DNA from: Candidatus Altiarchaeota archaeon
GTDB lineage: Archaea; Altiarchaeota; Altiarchaeia; IMC4; SCGC-AAA252-I15
NCBI GenBank assembly: GCA_043800255.1
Contig: JAZDNF010000001.1
Span: 1 to 64,000, forward strand
Reading direction: 5' to 3'
Length of the DNA: 64,000 nucleotides
Shown: piece by piece, positions 37,267 to 47,033 of the stretch
How the letters are laid out: each line of letters begins with the position of its first letter
Numbering within the stretch: the stretch's first letter is position 1
Position numbers and translations under genes: made by a program
The notes under the pieces: generated by a model
Seen by the model: the letters and a program-made list of their open reading frames with translations, nothing else
What the model was told of the DNA's origin: nothing
Database searches by the model: none

Positions 37267-38082
37267 ATGGGTAACATGCTGAAAACAACCGCGCTGATGT
37301 CCCTTCTGATAGCGGTTGTCATGATAGCGTTCTGGTTTGTTGGCGGAAGGGGGTTCGCGCTGTTCGGCCTGATTCTGGGAGTTATCATAAATCTCGGCGT
37401 CTACTGGCACTCTGACAAGATAGTTCTGAGGATGACACGGGCCAGGGAAGTCTCAAGGGATGAGGCTCCGATGCTGCATGGAATCGTTGACCGGCTGGCA
37501 AGCAGGGCCAAGATGCCTAAGCCAAGGGTATATGTTGTAGAGAACAGGAGCCTGAACGCGTTCGCAACAGGGAGGAATCCGAAGCATGCTGCGGTCGCTG
37601 TCCACACAGGACTGTTGCAGGCATTAACTCCTGAAGAGGTTGAGGGCGTTCTCGGCCATGAGATGACTCATATAAAGAACAGGGATACCCTGATAAGCAC
37701 GATGGCTGCGGTAATAGCCGGGATACTCTCCTACCTAGGCTATGCTTACATGTTCTCAGGAGACAGGCGCGACAGGAACAACGTTCTCGCGCTGGCTGCG
37801 ATAATACTCGCTCCCATGGCAGGGATGCTGATACAGATGGCTATATCCAGGACTAGGGAATATGCTGCCGACGCCGGGGGAGGGCGGCTTTCAAACCCAA
37901 GATGTTTGGCTTCAGCGCTCGCTAAAATCAGCTCGTCTGCTGATGCGAACCCTGTCAGGAGAGGCAACCCTGCGACAGCGCACATGTACATAATAAACCC
38001 CTTCAAGGGCGTAGAGTTCTCAAGCCTTTTCAGCACCCATCCTCTGACAGAGGATAGGATACGGAAGCTTGAGGCGATGTAG
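37267..38082 (+). CDS. htpX: Zinc metalloprotease HtpX
   Basis: NAFATGR, HEMTH, SRTREYAAD, FSTHP. Confidence 0.95.
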   Translation: MGNMLKTTALMSLLIAVVMIAFWFVGGRGFALFGLILGVIINLGVYWHSDKIVLRMTRAREVSRDEAPMLHGIVDRLASRAKMPKPRVYVVENRSLNAFATGRNPKHAAVAVHTGLLQALTPEEVEGVLGHEMTHIKNRDTLISTMAAVIAGILSYLGYAYMFSGDRRDRNNVLALAAIILAPMAGMLIQMAISRTREYAADAGGGRLSNPRCLASALAKISSSADANPVRRGNPATAHMYIINPFKGVEFSSLFSTHPLTEDRIRKLEAM

Positions 38083-38085
38083 CTC

Positions 38086-38499
38086 TTACTCTAAAACGAG
38101 GGTTATCTTGTTCTTCCTGTAGACGTTCAGGGACGGATACATCTGTGCCGCCATCTCCTCTATGTGGTCTAAAATCCCTATCTTGACCATGAGATTGTGG
38201 TCTGTCTTGTCCCTTATGAACTCAGGCAGGTGGATGTCGTCTGTGGTGTACTCCTTCTTTCGGTAGGCATCTTTAACGGATTTCTCTATCCTGGAGGGTT
38301 TGATCCTGTTCCCGAAGACAGATATTATCCCCATTCCCTCTGCCTTTTCAGGCTTAATCGGTTTCCTCTTCCTTGCAGCCCTCCTGCCTGCTTTATTTGA
38401 CCTTCTGGCCCTCAGCTTAATCTTCTTCTTAGGTTTTACAGCCATCTTTTTTTTGCGTATTAGCCTATTTTTCCTTCTTTTTTTGGTTCTTTTTGCCAT
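38086..38499 (-). CDS. Hypothetical protein with extremely basic Lys/Arg N-terminal tail
   Basis: MAKRTKKRRKNRLIRKKKMAVKPKKKIKLRARRSNKAGRRAARKRK then a ~80-aa globular region. Confidence 0.65.
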   Translation of the reverse strand: MAKRTKKRRKNRLIRKKKMAVKPKKKIKLRARRSNKAGRRAARKRKPIKPEKAEGMGIISVFGNRIKPSRIEKSVKDAYRKKEYTTDDIHLPEFIRDKTDHNLMVKIGILDHIEEMAAQMYPSLNVYRKNKITLVLE

Positions 38500-38523
38500 A
38501 CTGCACCCCACGTCTGCTATAAA

Positions 38524-38591
38524 CTTGGATTATAGGTAAAAAACCGTTTAAATACTGGTATTATCCAAGTATTATCCCAATATTATCCCAA
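38524..38591 (+). promoter_or_regulatory. Promoter (TTTAAATA at 38547-38554) with three tandem 11-bp repeats and one inverted copy; putative RHH operator
   Basis: TATTATCCAAG (38559), TATTATCCCAA (38570), TATTATCCCAA (38581); CTTGGATTATA (38524) is the reverse complement with one mismatch. Confidence 0.7.
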
Positions 38592-38595
38592 TAAT

Positions 38596-38769
38596 ATGGC
38601 TAAAATATGCGTCGAGATGCCCCAGGAGATACTAGATGACCTGAGAGAGCACATCGGGCCTGAAAAAAAGTTCGTCAACCTATCAGATGCGATAAGGACC
38701 GCATGCAGGAAGATGCTGGACACGCTCGACGAAATCGACAGAAGACACGGGAGGCTGAACACAGAATGA
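38596..38769 (+). CDS. CopG/ribbon-helix-helix transcriptional regulator (57 aa, missed by ORF track)
   Basis: MAKICVEMPQEILDDLREHIGPEKKFVNLSDAIRTACRKMLDTLDEIDRRHGRLNTE; stop overlaps queD start (ATGA). Confidence 0.85.
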   Translation: MAKICVEMPQEILDDLREHIGPEKKFVNLSDAIRTACRKMLDTLDEIDRRHGRLNTE

Positions 38770-39104
38770 GAGTCGGACGGATATTCTACTTTGATTCCGC
38801 ACACCATCTGCCAGACTACAAGGGAGAGTGCGAAAAACAGCACGGCCACACCTACCGCCTTGAAGTGGTCATCGAAGGCGAACTGAAAGACAACATGGTG
38901 ATGGATTTCAAGGATCTGAAAAAAACCGTCGAGGATGAGGTCCTTGCAGAGCTTGACCACATGGACCTGAACGACATATTCGAGAACCCGACGGCAGAGA
39001 ACCTGATGGAGTGGATATTCGACAGGCTGGGAAAAAAACTTCCACTTCATTCAGTAAAGCTTTGGGAGGGACGCGACAAATGGGTGGAAAAGCGGTCTGC
39101 CTGA
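38766..39104 (+). CDS. queD: 6-carboxy-5,6,7,8-tetrahydropterin synthase
   Basis: FDSAHHL, CEKQHGHTY, LDH..LN, NPTAEN, LWE. Confidence 0.93.
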   Translation: MRVGRIFYFDSAHHLPDYKGECEKQHGHTYRLEVVIEGELKDNMVMDFKDLKKTVEDEVLAELDHMDLNDIFENPTAENLMEWIFDRLGKKLPLHSVKLWEGRDKWVEKRSA

Positions 39105-39775
39105 TATCGGGAGGCCTGGATTCCGCGGTATGCGCAGCTATCGCAAGGGACAGGGGCTGTGAGATATACGCCCTGACCTTCGACTACGGCCAGCAGCACA
39201 GGAGAGAAGTTGAGAGCGCAAAGAAGATCGCGAAATTCTACAAAGCACGGGAGCACATGATACTGGATGCAGGTTTAGGCAGATTCGGCGGCTCATCTCT
39301 GACATCAGGAGATGACGTGCCCCAAGGCAAAAAATTTGAGGAGATAAAGAACTCGATTGAAATCCCGTCAACATATGTCTCCGCCAGGAACACGATATTC
39401 CTCTCCTACGCCCTGGCATACGCCGAAACAGTCGACGCTGACAGCATCTACATAGGAGCTAACCACATAGACTACAGCGGCTACCCTGACTGCAGGCCAG
39501 AATACTTCAAAGCATTCCAGAAGATGGCAGACCTCGCGACAAAACGCGCGGTCGAAGGCAAACCGGTTAAAATAGAACATCCTATAATAGAATTGGACAA
39601 GAAGGCAATCGTGAAACTTGGGATTAAGCTTAACGTCCCCTTTGAGCTCACATGGTCGTGCTATGCTGGCAGGAAAAGAGCGTGCGGCAGGTGCGACAGC
39701 TGTATCCTAAGGTTGAACGGCTTCAGGGAGGCTGGAATAAAGGATCCGATAGACTATGAGAAACAGATGGTATGA
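39080..39775 (+). CDS. queC: 7-cyano-7-deazaguanine synthase
   Basis: SGGLDS, YGQQH, TYVSARN, GYPDCRPEY, TWSCY...CGRCDSC. Confidence 0.95.
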   Translation: MGGKAVCLISGGLDSAVCAAIARDRGCEIYALTFDYGQQHRREVESAKKIAKFYKAREHMILDAGLGRFGGSSLTSGDDVPQGKKFEEIKNSIEIPSTYVSARNTIFLSYALAYAETVDADSIYIGANHIDYSGYPDCRPEYFKAFQKMADLATKRAVEGKPVKIEHPIIELDKKAIVKLGIKLNVPFELTWSCYAGRKRACGRCDSCILRLNGFREAGIKDPIDYEKQMV

Positions 39776-40367
39776 GAAGTTCAGGAAAAGCCACAATCTG
39801 ATATGGACCGAAAAGGATTTCCGGGGATGGTCTAACATGGTTGGGCAAGAGATTGATGTCTTCAGGGCGAACATATGCGGAGGAGGGCGCGTGTTAGACT
39901 GCGGCTGCGGGTTCGGAGGCACGGCAGTACCCCTCTCAAACAGGGGCTTCAGGGTTGTCGGCATAGACGTTGAGGAGAAGATACTGGAATGTGCGATGGA
40001 GAACGGGAGAAAATTCGGCAGGGACGTCACCTTCGCGAAGTGCGACGTCTATGACATCGTAAAAAGGTTCGGCCCGGACTCGTTTGACGCCTGCATATCA
40101 GGCGGCGTCATGGAACACTTCCCCGAAAAGGACATACGCATGCTGCTGAACCTGCAGCTGAAGGTCGCGCCCACAGTGATATTCTCAGTCCCGCTCGGCG
40201 AGGAGAACATGACAAAGACGGACGATTATGGCATCCTCATAAACCTCTGGACCAGGGAGAAATGGCTCAGGAAGGTCAAAAGTTACAATGTAAAAGAAAG
40301 CAGAATAGTGAAGAGCCACAGGAAGGTTGGGATAGGGCAGGAACTGTTTGTTGTCATCAAAAGATGA
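39756..40367 (+). CDS. Class I SAM-dependent methyltransferase embedded in the que operon
   Basis: VLDCGCGFG, VVGID, SFDACISGGVMEHF; overlaps queC by 20 nt and queE by 4 nt. Confidence 0.88.
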   Translation: MRNRWYEKFRKSHNLIWTEKDFRGWSNMVGQEIDVFRANICGGGRVLDCGCGFGGTAVPLSNRGFRVVGIDVEEKILECAMENGRKFGRDVTFAKCDVYDIVKRFGPDSFDACISGGVMEHFPEKDIRMLLNLQLKVAPTVIFSVPLGEENMTKTDDYGILINLWTREKWLRKVKSYNVKESRIVKSHRKVGIGQELFVVIKR

Positions 40368-40969
40368 AAGTCTCGGAAATATTCATGAGCATCCAGGGCG
40401 AGGGCAGGTACGTCGGCAGCCCCCAGACCTTCATCAGGCTATCTGGCTGTAACCTCCGCTGCCGCTGGTGCGACACGAAGTACGCATACGGGGGAGGCAA
40501 GGAAATGACCGTAGACGAGATAGTGGGGAAGGTCAAGGAGTTCGGCCTGAAGAGCGTCTGCGTGACAGGCGGCGAGCCCATGCTGCAGTCGAAGGAGCTG
40601 ACCCAACTCATCAAGAGGCTGAAGGTGGAGGGCTTTGAGATCATCCTGGAGACGAACGGCACACTATATGATGAGGAGGTCTTCAGGATCGTGGACTGCG
40701 TTTCACTCGACATCAAACCCCCAAGCTCCGGCGAGGAGAGCGACATAAGAATACTGAAAACGCTGGGAGGGAAAGACCAGGTCAAGATTGTCGTAAAGGA
40801 CGAGAGAGACTACGAGTTCGCGAAGGAGATATCAACGAAGACAGACCTTGAGATAATACTCCAGCCGGAGGGGATGAAAGGCATGAGAAAATGGTGCGAG
40901 AGGGTGCTTGAGGACAGGATAGGCTTCAGGATACTCCCCCAAATGCATAAGGTACTAGGATTAAAATGA
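40364..40969 (+). CDS. queE: 7-carboxy-7-deazaguanine synthase (radical SAM)
   Basis: SIQGEG, CNLRCRWCDT, TGGEP, ETNG, RILPQMHK. Confidence 0.94.
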   Translation: MKVSEIFMSIQGEGRYVGSPQTFIRLSGCNLRCRWCDTKYAYGGGKEMTVDEIVGKVKEFGLKSVCVTGGEPMLQSKELTQLIKRLKVEGFEIILETNGTLYDEEVFRIVDCVSLDIKPPSSGEESDIRILKTLGGKDQVKIVVKDERDYEFAKEISTKTDLEIILQPEGMKGMRKWCERVLEDRIGFRILPQMHKVLGLK

Positions 40970-41763
40970 AAAAGGAGACACAGGACAAGAACCCGAAAAT
41001 ATCGGAGAACCTCGAACGGGTTGGGGTGACCAACCTGAGAACCATCGTCAAGACAAAATGGCGCGGCCATGACTACAGGTTCATACCGAGAATACAGCTG
41101 ACAATCGACCTCAAGAAGGACAGGAAGGGGATCCACATGAGCCGGCTTGTTGAATCCATATCAGAGACCATAGAGGAGGAGACCATGGACGTCCACCGCT
41201 CAATTGAGGAGCTTGGCAGGACAATCCTCGAAAGACTTAAGGAAAAGCACGACTACGAGCGAGGCGAGATAGTGTTCGAGACGGAGCTGGTAACAATCGA
41301 AAAGACTCCTGTAACCCAGAAGGACACCATGGAAGCCCACGACGTGAAGGTCACAGTCAGAAATCGCGACGGCCTTTCCGAGAAGACGCTCGAAGTCAAC
41401 GTTGTAGGCAATACCGTCTGCCCCCATTCGCTCGAGAAGACCGGCGGGAAGACTCACGTGCAGAGGGCGCTGGGGACGCTGACTATCAGCACGTACTATG
41501 ACAATAAGATAACCCTTGAGGAGATGATAAAAGCAGTCGAAAAATCATTCTCCTCTAAGGTTTACACGATACTGAAGACAGAGGACGAGATGCACGTCGT
41601 GAATACCATGATGTCCAACCCGAAGTTCGTGGAAGACGTGGCGAGGGAGATCCTTTACAACGCGAAAAAGTTCAGGAAAAGCAGGGTTAATGCTAAGGTG
41701 GTTTCGATGGAATCCATCCACAGGCACGATGTCATAGCAGAAGGCCAATTTGAGACTTTTTAA
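40966..41763 (+). CDS. GTP cyclohydrolase of the FolE2/MptA family
   Basis: RVGVTNL, KGIHMSRL, TVCPHS, HVQR, NPKFVED..R, ESIHRHD. Confidence 0.9.
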   Translation: MKKETQDKNPKISENLERVGVTNLRTIVKTKWRGHDYRFIPRIQLTIDLKKDRKGIHMSRLVESISETIEEETMDVHRSIEELGRTILERLKEKHDYERGEIVFETELVTIEKTPVTQKDTMEAHDVKVTVRNRDGLSEKTLEVNVVGNTVCPHSLEKTGGKTHVQRALGTLTISTYYDNKITLEEMIKAVEKSFSSKVYTILKTEDEMHVVNTMMSNPKFVEDVAREILYNAKKFRKSRVNAKVVSMESIHRHDVIAEGQFETF

Positions 41764-41792
41764 CCCTCGATTCACATTAATTAGTCCTTAAA

Positions 41793-42551
41793 ATGATAGG
41801 AAAAAAAGTCAGACTTGAACGGATACTGGACAGGAAAACAGGGAAGACCGTCATAGTCCCCCTCGACCACGGTGTAACAGTCGGCCCCATAGAAGGCCTT
41901 GAAGACCTTCCGAAGACGATAAACGACGTCGCAAAAGGCGGCGCCAACGCCGTTCTCATGCACAAGGGCATGATACAGTACGGTCACAGAGGCTACGGCA
42001 AGGACGTCGGGCTGATAATCCACCTTTCGGCAGGCACGTGCCTCGGCCCGGACCCGAACTGCAAGGTACTTGTTGGCACAGTAAAGGAGGCTATCCGCCT
42101 TGGAGCGGACGCAGTTTCCATACACATCAACATAGGCGCCGAGGACGAGAGCAGCATGCTCTCCGATTTCGGGAAGATAACATTAGACTGCCAGGACTAT
42201 GGCATGCCTCTCCTGGCTATGATGTACCCTAGGGGTAAGGACATAAAAGACGGCCACGACGTGAAATACGTCAAGCATGTCGCGAGGCTTGGAGCGGAGT
42301 TAGGCGCTGACATAATAAAGACCGTCTACACCGGCGACAAGAAGACGTTCAAACAGGTGATTGAGGGATGCCCTGCTCCGGTAGTGATAGCAGGAGGCCC
42401 GAAGATTGACAGCGAAAAGGCACTGCTTGCGATGATAGACGATGCCATGGAATGCGGCGCAGCCGGCGTTTCGATAGGCAGGAACGTTTTCCAGGCAGAA
42501 GACAGGGTCGGCCTGACGAAGAAGATATGCGACATAGTCCACGGGCGCTAG
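41793..42551 (+). CDS. DhnA-type class I aldolase (ADH synthase / fructose-bisphosphate aldolase family)
   Basis: [38 protein letters not shown]. Confidence 0.9.
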   Translation: MIGKKVRLERILDRKTGKTVIVPLDHGVTVGPIEGLEDLPKTINDVAKGGANAVLMHKGMIQYGHRGYGKDVGLIIHLSAGTCLGPDPNCKVLVGTVKEAIRLGADAVSIHINIGAEDESSMLSDFGKITLDCQDYGMPLLAMMYPRGKDIKDGHDVKYVKHVARLGAELGADIIKTVYTGDKKTFKQVIEGCPAPVVIAGGPKIDSEKALLAMIDDAMECGAAGVSIGRNVFQAEDRVGLTKKICDIVHGR

Positions 42552-42575
42552 TGTCCCCGTTGTTTTCAGATTAGA

Positions 42576-43505
42576 ATGAGACGCAACATAAGCAAATATT
42601 CTAACGTACGGGGCTCAGGCGACAGAGGTCCACGTGAGTTCAAGTCCATAAAACCAAAGCGCGTCGGCAGTCTGATGCACATAGCGACAAAGGATGTGAT
42701 AACGACGCATCCCGAGAATTCTATAAAAAACGTCTCCAAGCTCATGGAGGAGCACGACTTCCGGAGGATCCCCGTCACTGACGCAGGCACAAGCCGCCTT
42801 GAGGGCTTGGTTGTTGCAATGGACATACTGGATTTCCTGGGCGGCGGCAAAAAATACAATATCATCGTAAAAGACTACCAGAGCAACTTCCTCTCGGCCA
42901 TCAACTGTCCCATAAGGAAGATAATGCGGGAGCCGTCCTATCTCACAATGGATTCGGACATACATGGTGCCGTCGAAATCATGGTGACAAAGAAGACGAG
43001 CGCAATCCCGGTAGTGGACAATGATGATAGCATGAAGGTCATAGCCATAGTCACGGAAAGTGACGTCCTACCCGAGGCGGTCAAGATAGGCGTTGAAGTC
43101 AAGGACGCAATGCAGGAGAACCCGATAACCTCGACTCTGGGGATGATGGTATCAGACGTATCGAAGGTTATGGTGCGGAACCAGATCAGGAGGCTGCCTG
43201 TGATAAGAGAGGACAAGCTGATTGGCGTCGTGACGCAGTTCGACATCCTACGATTCTTGGGGAAAGGCAACTTCAAGAGTACCGACGTAGAAACAAACCT
43301 TAGCACGAGGGTTGATGAGATAATGGAGAAGAAAGTCGTCTCCGTTGCTCCGAGACAGGACCTGTCGGAAGTCATAAAGCTTATGAAGAAGACCGGGTTA
43401 GGCGGCTTCCCGGTTGTCGAAAAAGGACGGCTGGTCGGGATAATAACGTCAACTGACGTAATACGTGAGGCTTATGAGGCCGGCCGGCTTGCGGAGGCAA
43501 AATAG
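42576..43505 (+). CDS. Four-CBS-domain protein
   Basis: FRRIPV, IPVV, IRRLPV, GGFPVV CBS cores. Confidence 0.9.
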   Translation: MRRNISKYSNVRGSGDRGPREFKSIKPKRVGSLMHIATKDVITTHPENSIKNVSKLMEEHDFRRIPVTDAGTSRLEGLVVAMDILDFLGGGKKYNIIVKDYQSNFLSAINCPIRKIMREPSYLTMDSDIHGAVEIMVTKKTSAIPVVDNDDSMKVIAIVTESDVLPEAVKIGVEVKDAMQENPITSTLGMMVSDVSKVMVRNQIRRLPVIREDKLIGVVTQFDILRFLGKGNFKSTDVETNLSTRVDEIMEKKVVSVAPRQDLSEVIKLMKKTGLGGFPVVEKGRLVGIITSTDVIREAYEAGRLAEAK

Positions 43506-43567
43506 AAAGCCTTTTATAGTATGAAAACAAAGTATTAAGTTACTTTCTTTTTCTGAGAGGAGCGAGT

Positions 43568-43789
43568 TTGATAAACAATTCCCTAGTCCCAAAGCATGAG
43601 TTGCTAAAACCAGAGGAGGCGGAGGCAGTTTTGGCAGAGTATAATGCGACTCGCGATGAGATGCCAAAGATAAAATCCGACGACCCTGCAATCTCCCAAC
43701 TAAGCCCCAAAGAGGGGGACATCATAAAGATAATACGGAACAACCCTCTCATAGGCGAGTCATTCTACTACCGGGTTGTTATAAAATAA
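43568..43789 (+). CDS. rpoH: RNA polymerase subunit H (Rpo5)
   Basis: LVPKHELL, PKIKSDDP, GDIIKIIR, YYRVV. Confidence 0.95.
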   Translation: MINNSLVPKHELLKPEEAEAVLAEYNATRDEMPKIKSDDPAISQLSPKEGDIIKIIRNNPLIGESFYYRVVIK

Positions 43790-43790
43790 A

Positions 43791-45227
43791 ATGCTAAGGA
43801 TATCCGACTTCATAGGGCGTGATGACCTCACGAAATTCCAGATCGAGTCCTTCAACTGGCTTGTCGAGAAGGGTCTCCAGGAGGTCATAGACGAGCGGGA
43901 GCCGATTGACATAGAAATACCCGGCTACAGCCTCGACCTTGGCAAGATAGAGATCGGAAAACCAGAGGTTAACGAGTCAGGCCAGGGGGCTGAGTCGCGC
44001 TACCCCTTCGAATGCCGCCTCAGGAATCTAACGTATTCCGCGCCCATACTACTGGATTTCATAGAGAACGGAGAGCGGATAAAAGTCGAGATCGGCCACC
44101 TGCCGATAATGCTGAGGTCGAAGGCATGCCTTCTGTCCGGCCTCTCTGACGAAGAGCTTATAGAACGTGGCGAGGACTCTGAGGACATGGGGGGCTATTT
44201 CATAATCAACGGCACCGAGAGGTCGCTCATCATCGTGGAGGACCTGGCGCCGAACAGGATTGTAACGACCATTGAAAGCGTTGCCGGGAAGGAAGTAACA
44301 CTCGCAAAGGTTTTCTCCATCAGGCAGGGATTCAGGTCGAGGGTAACGGTCGAAAAGAGGGAAGTCGGCAAGGACGGCTCGCTATTCGTGACCTTCCCTG
44401 GCATACCCAACAGGATATCTCTCACGATACTGATGAAGTCTCTGGGGTTGGAAGACCGGGAAATCCTGGAGATGTTCGAGGGGGACATGAAGCTCGAGAT
44501 TCTCATGAACATGGAAGTCAAGAACATGTCCAAGGAGAAGGCTTTCGACTATCTGGGCAAGAGGGCCGGCGCAGGCCATGCCAAACAGTACCAGAGCACG
44601 AGAGCCAACCAGGTCGTGAACAACTTCCTGCTGCCGCACATCGGCAACACGGAGAGGGACAGGCGGGCGAAGGCACGCTATCTTGGGATAATGGCGAAGA
44701 AGGTCATGGAATTGGGCACTAACATGAGAGAGCCTGACGACAAGGACCACTACTCCAATAAGAGGCTCAGGCTTGCCGGAGACCTCATGCAGGAGCTTTT
44801 CAGGGTCAGTTTCAACAAGATTGCCAGGGACATAAAGTACCAGCTCGAGAAGCAGAGCGCAAGGCACAGGACAGTTAACATACGGACGGCCGTCAGGAGC
44901 AACAACCTGACTGAGAGCATATGCTATGCGCTGGCAACCGGTAACTGGACCGGCGGCAGAAGCGGTGTCAGCCAGGTCCTAGACAGGACGAACCACCTGG
45001 CTGCGATAGCCCACAGAAGAAGAGTCTCATCCCTCCTGAGCAGAAGCCACCCCCACTTCGAGGCAAGGGACCTGCATCCAACGCAGTGGGGCAGGATATG
45101 CCCAAACGAGACTCCAGAGGGCCAGAACTGCGGTCTGGTGAAGAACCTGGCAGTGAGCGCATACGTTACGACAGAGGAGGACGAGCGGATTGTTGACAAA
45201 TACTTGAAGGAGATGGGAGTTCAATGA
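43791..45227 (+). CDS. rpoB2: RNA polymerase subunit B'' (Rpo2N)
   Basis: [42 protein letters not shown]. Confidence 0.95.
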   Translation: MLRISDFIGRDDLTKFQIESFNWLVEKGLQEVIDEREPIDIEIPGYSLDLGKIEIGKPEVNESGQGAESRYPFECRLRNLTYSAPILLDFIENGERIKVEIGHLPIMLRSKACLLSGLSDEELIERGEDSEDMGGYFIINGTERSLIIVEDLAPNRIVTTIESVAGKEVTLAKVFSIRQGFRSRVTVEKREVGKDGSLFVTFPGIPNRISLTILMKSLGLEDREILEMFEGDMKLEILMNMEVKNMSKEKAFDYLGKRAGAGHAKQYQSTRANQVVNNFLLPHIGNTERDRRAKARYLGIMAKKVMELGTNMREPDDKDHYSNKRLRLAGDLMQELFRVSFNKIARDIKYQLEKQSARHRTVNIRTAVRSNNLTESICYALATGNWTGGRSGVSQVLDRTNHLAAIAHRRRVSSLLSRSHPHFEARDLHPTQWGRICPNETPEGQNCGLVKNLAVSAYVTTEEDERIVDKYLKEMGVQ

Positions 45228-47032
45228 CAGACGTTTACCTTAATGGCAGACTCATAGGAGACCACCAGAAGCCTGAGCAGCTTGTCGAGAGGCTCAGAGA
45301 ACTGAGACGCAAGGGTGAGATATCATCCACGGTTTCCATAAGCTTCAGGGAGGAGAACAACGAGGTCCAGATATACACTGACAAGGGTCGGGTTCTGAGG
45401 CCTGTCATCGTCGTAAAGAACGGGAAGTCGCTGCTGACCGAAAAGCACGTCGAGGACATACGAGCCAGGAAAAAGACGTTCCAGGATTTTGTGGCCGAGG
45501 GCATTGTAGAGTACATAGACGCAGAGGAGGAGGAGAATACGCTGATAGCGATAACAGAAGAGGATTTAGAGAAAGACCACACCCACGTCGAGGTTACCCC
45601 ATCCCTTGTGCTTGGACTGTCTTCAGGCTTTGCGCCGTATCCTGAGCACAATTCATCGCCGAGGGTCACGATGGCTGCCGCAATGGCAAAGCAGAGCCTC
45701 GGCCTGTACGCTTCAAACTACTTCTCCCGCTTCGACAGCAGGGCTAACATACTACATTACACTCAGACGCCTCTTGTAAAGACCGACATTACGGACTCTC
45801 TGGATTATCACAAGCGTCCCGCAGGACAGAATTTCGTAGTTGCTGTTATGAGCTACGAAGGGTACAACATGGAGGATGCGATAATCCTGAATAAGAGTGC
45901 CGTCGAACGCGGCCTCGGCAGGTCGACGTTCTACAGGACATACACTGCAGAGGAAAGAGGCTATCCTTCAGGGCAGAGGGACAAGTTCGAAATACCTGCA
46001 GAGGACGTTGAGGGAACCCAGTCTGAGGAAGCCTACGTCAAGCTCGACCAGGACGGCCTGATATTCCCTGAAACAGACGTGGACACCGATGAGGTTCTGA
46101 TCGGCAAGACCTCGCCTCCAAGGTTCCTGGAGGAGATAGGCCCCTACGGGATTGTAAGCGAGAAGAGGAGGGAGACGTCAACTACGGTGAGGCACATGGA
46201 ATCTGGAACCGTCGACTGCGTCATCCTCTCGGAAACATCAGAGAAGAACAAGCTGGTCAAGATCAGGGTCAGAAGCTTAAGGGTGCCTGAGCTCGGAGAC
46301 AAGTTCGCATCAAGGCACGGCCAGAAAGGCATAGTGGGCATGGTCGTTCCGCATGAGGACATGCCATTCACAAAGGACGGGGTCGTTCCAGATCTGATAA
46401 TCAATCCGCATGCCATTCCATCCAGAATGACTGTAGGTCACGTCTTAGAGATGATAGGCGGCAAGGTTGCATCGCTCTCAGGGGACATGACAAATGCGAC
46501 GATATTCGACAACGTCAGCGAGGAAGACCTTAGAGGAAGCCTCAAGAAGTTCGGTTTCAATGATACGGGGAAGGAGAAGATGTACAACGGGATAACCGGC
46601 GAGCAGTTCCATGTGGACATTTTCATAGGCGTAATCTACTATCAGAAGCTCCATCACATGGTGGCAAATAAGATGCATGCTCGTTCGAGAGGGCCGGTGC
46701 AGATGCTCACAAGGCAGCCCACCGAGGGAAGGGCCAGGGAAGGCGGTCTGAGATTCGGAGAGATGGAGAGGGACTGCCTGATAGCTCACGGCGCGTCCAT
46801 GCTGCTTAAGGACAGGCTGCTGGACGAGTCCGACAGGATTGTCGTTCCAATATGCAACAAGTGCGGTCTTGTGGCGACAAGGGACTTCGAGAAGAAGACA
46901 ACCTACTGTCCGATATGCGGTGAAGTGCAGACTCACTATGTGGAGATGGCATATGCCTTCAAACTGCTCTTGGACGAGTTGAAGGGCATGTGCATCTACC
47001 CGAAATTAAAGCTGACCGAGAGGGTGTCATAA
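45224..47032 (+). CDS. rpoB1: RNA polymerase subunit B' (Rpo2C)
   Basis: [39 protein letters not shown]. Confidence 0.96.
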   Translation: MTDVYLNGRLIGDHQKPEQLVERLRELRRKGEISSTVSISFREENNEVQIYTDKGRVLRPVIVVKNGKSLLTEKHVEDIRARKKTFQDFVAEGIVEYIDAEEEENTLIAITEEDLEKDHTHVEVTPSLVLGLSSGFAPYPEHNSSPRVTMAAAMAKQSLGLYASNYFSRFDSRANILHYTQTPLVKTDITDSLDYHKRPAGQNFVVAVMSYEGYNMEDAIILNKSAVERGLGRSTFYRTYTAEERGYPSGQRDKFEIPAEDVEGTQSEEAYVKLDQDGLIFPETDVDTDEVLIGKTSPPRFLEEIGPYGIVSEKRRETSTTVRHMESGTVDCVILSETSEKNKLVKIRVRSLRVPELGDKFASRHGQKGIVGMVVPHEDMPFTKDGVVPDLIINPHAIPSRMTVGHVLEMIGGKVASLSGDMTNATIFDNVSEEDLRGSLKKFGFNDTGKEKMYNGITGEQFHVDIFIGVIYYQKLHHMVANKMHARSRGPVQMLTRQPTEGRAREGGLRFGEMERDCLIAHGASMLLKDRLLDESDRIVVPICNKCGLVATRDFEKKTTYCPICGEVQTHYVEMAYAFKLLLDELKGMCIYPKLKLTERVS

Positions 47033-47033
47033 G

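Noticed and set aside
38559-38591. Tandem repeats considered as a mini-CRISPR or replication iterons
   Set aside because: Units are 11 bp with no spacers, and no cas, rep or cdc6 gene is adjacent; an operator fits better.
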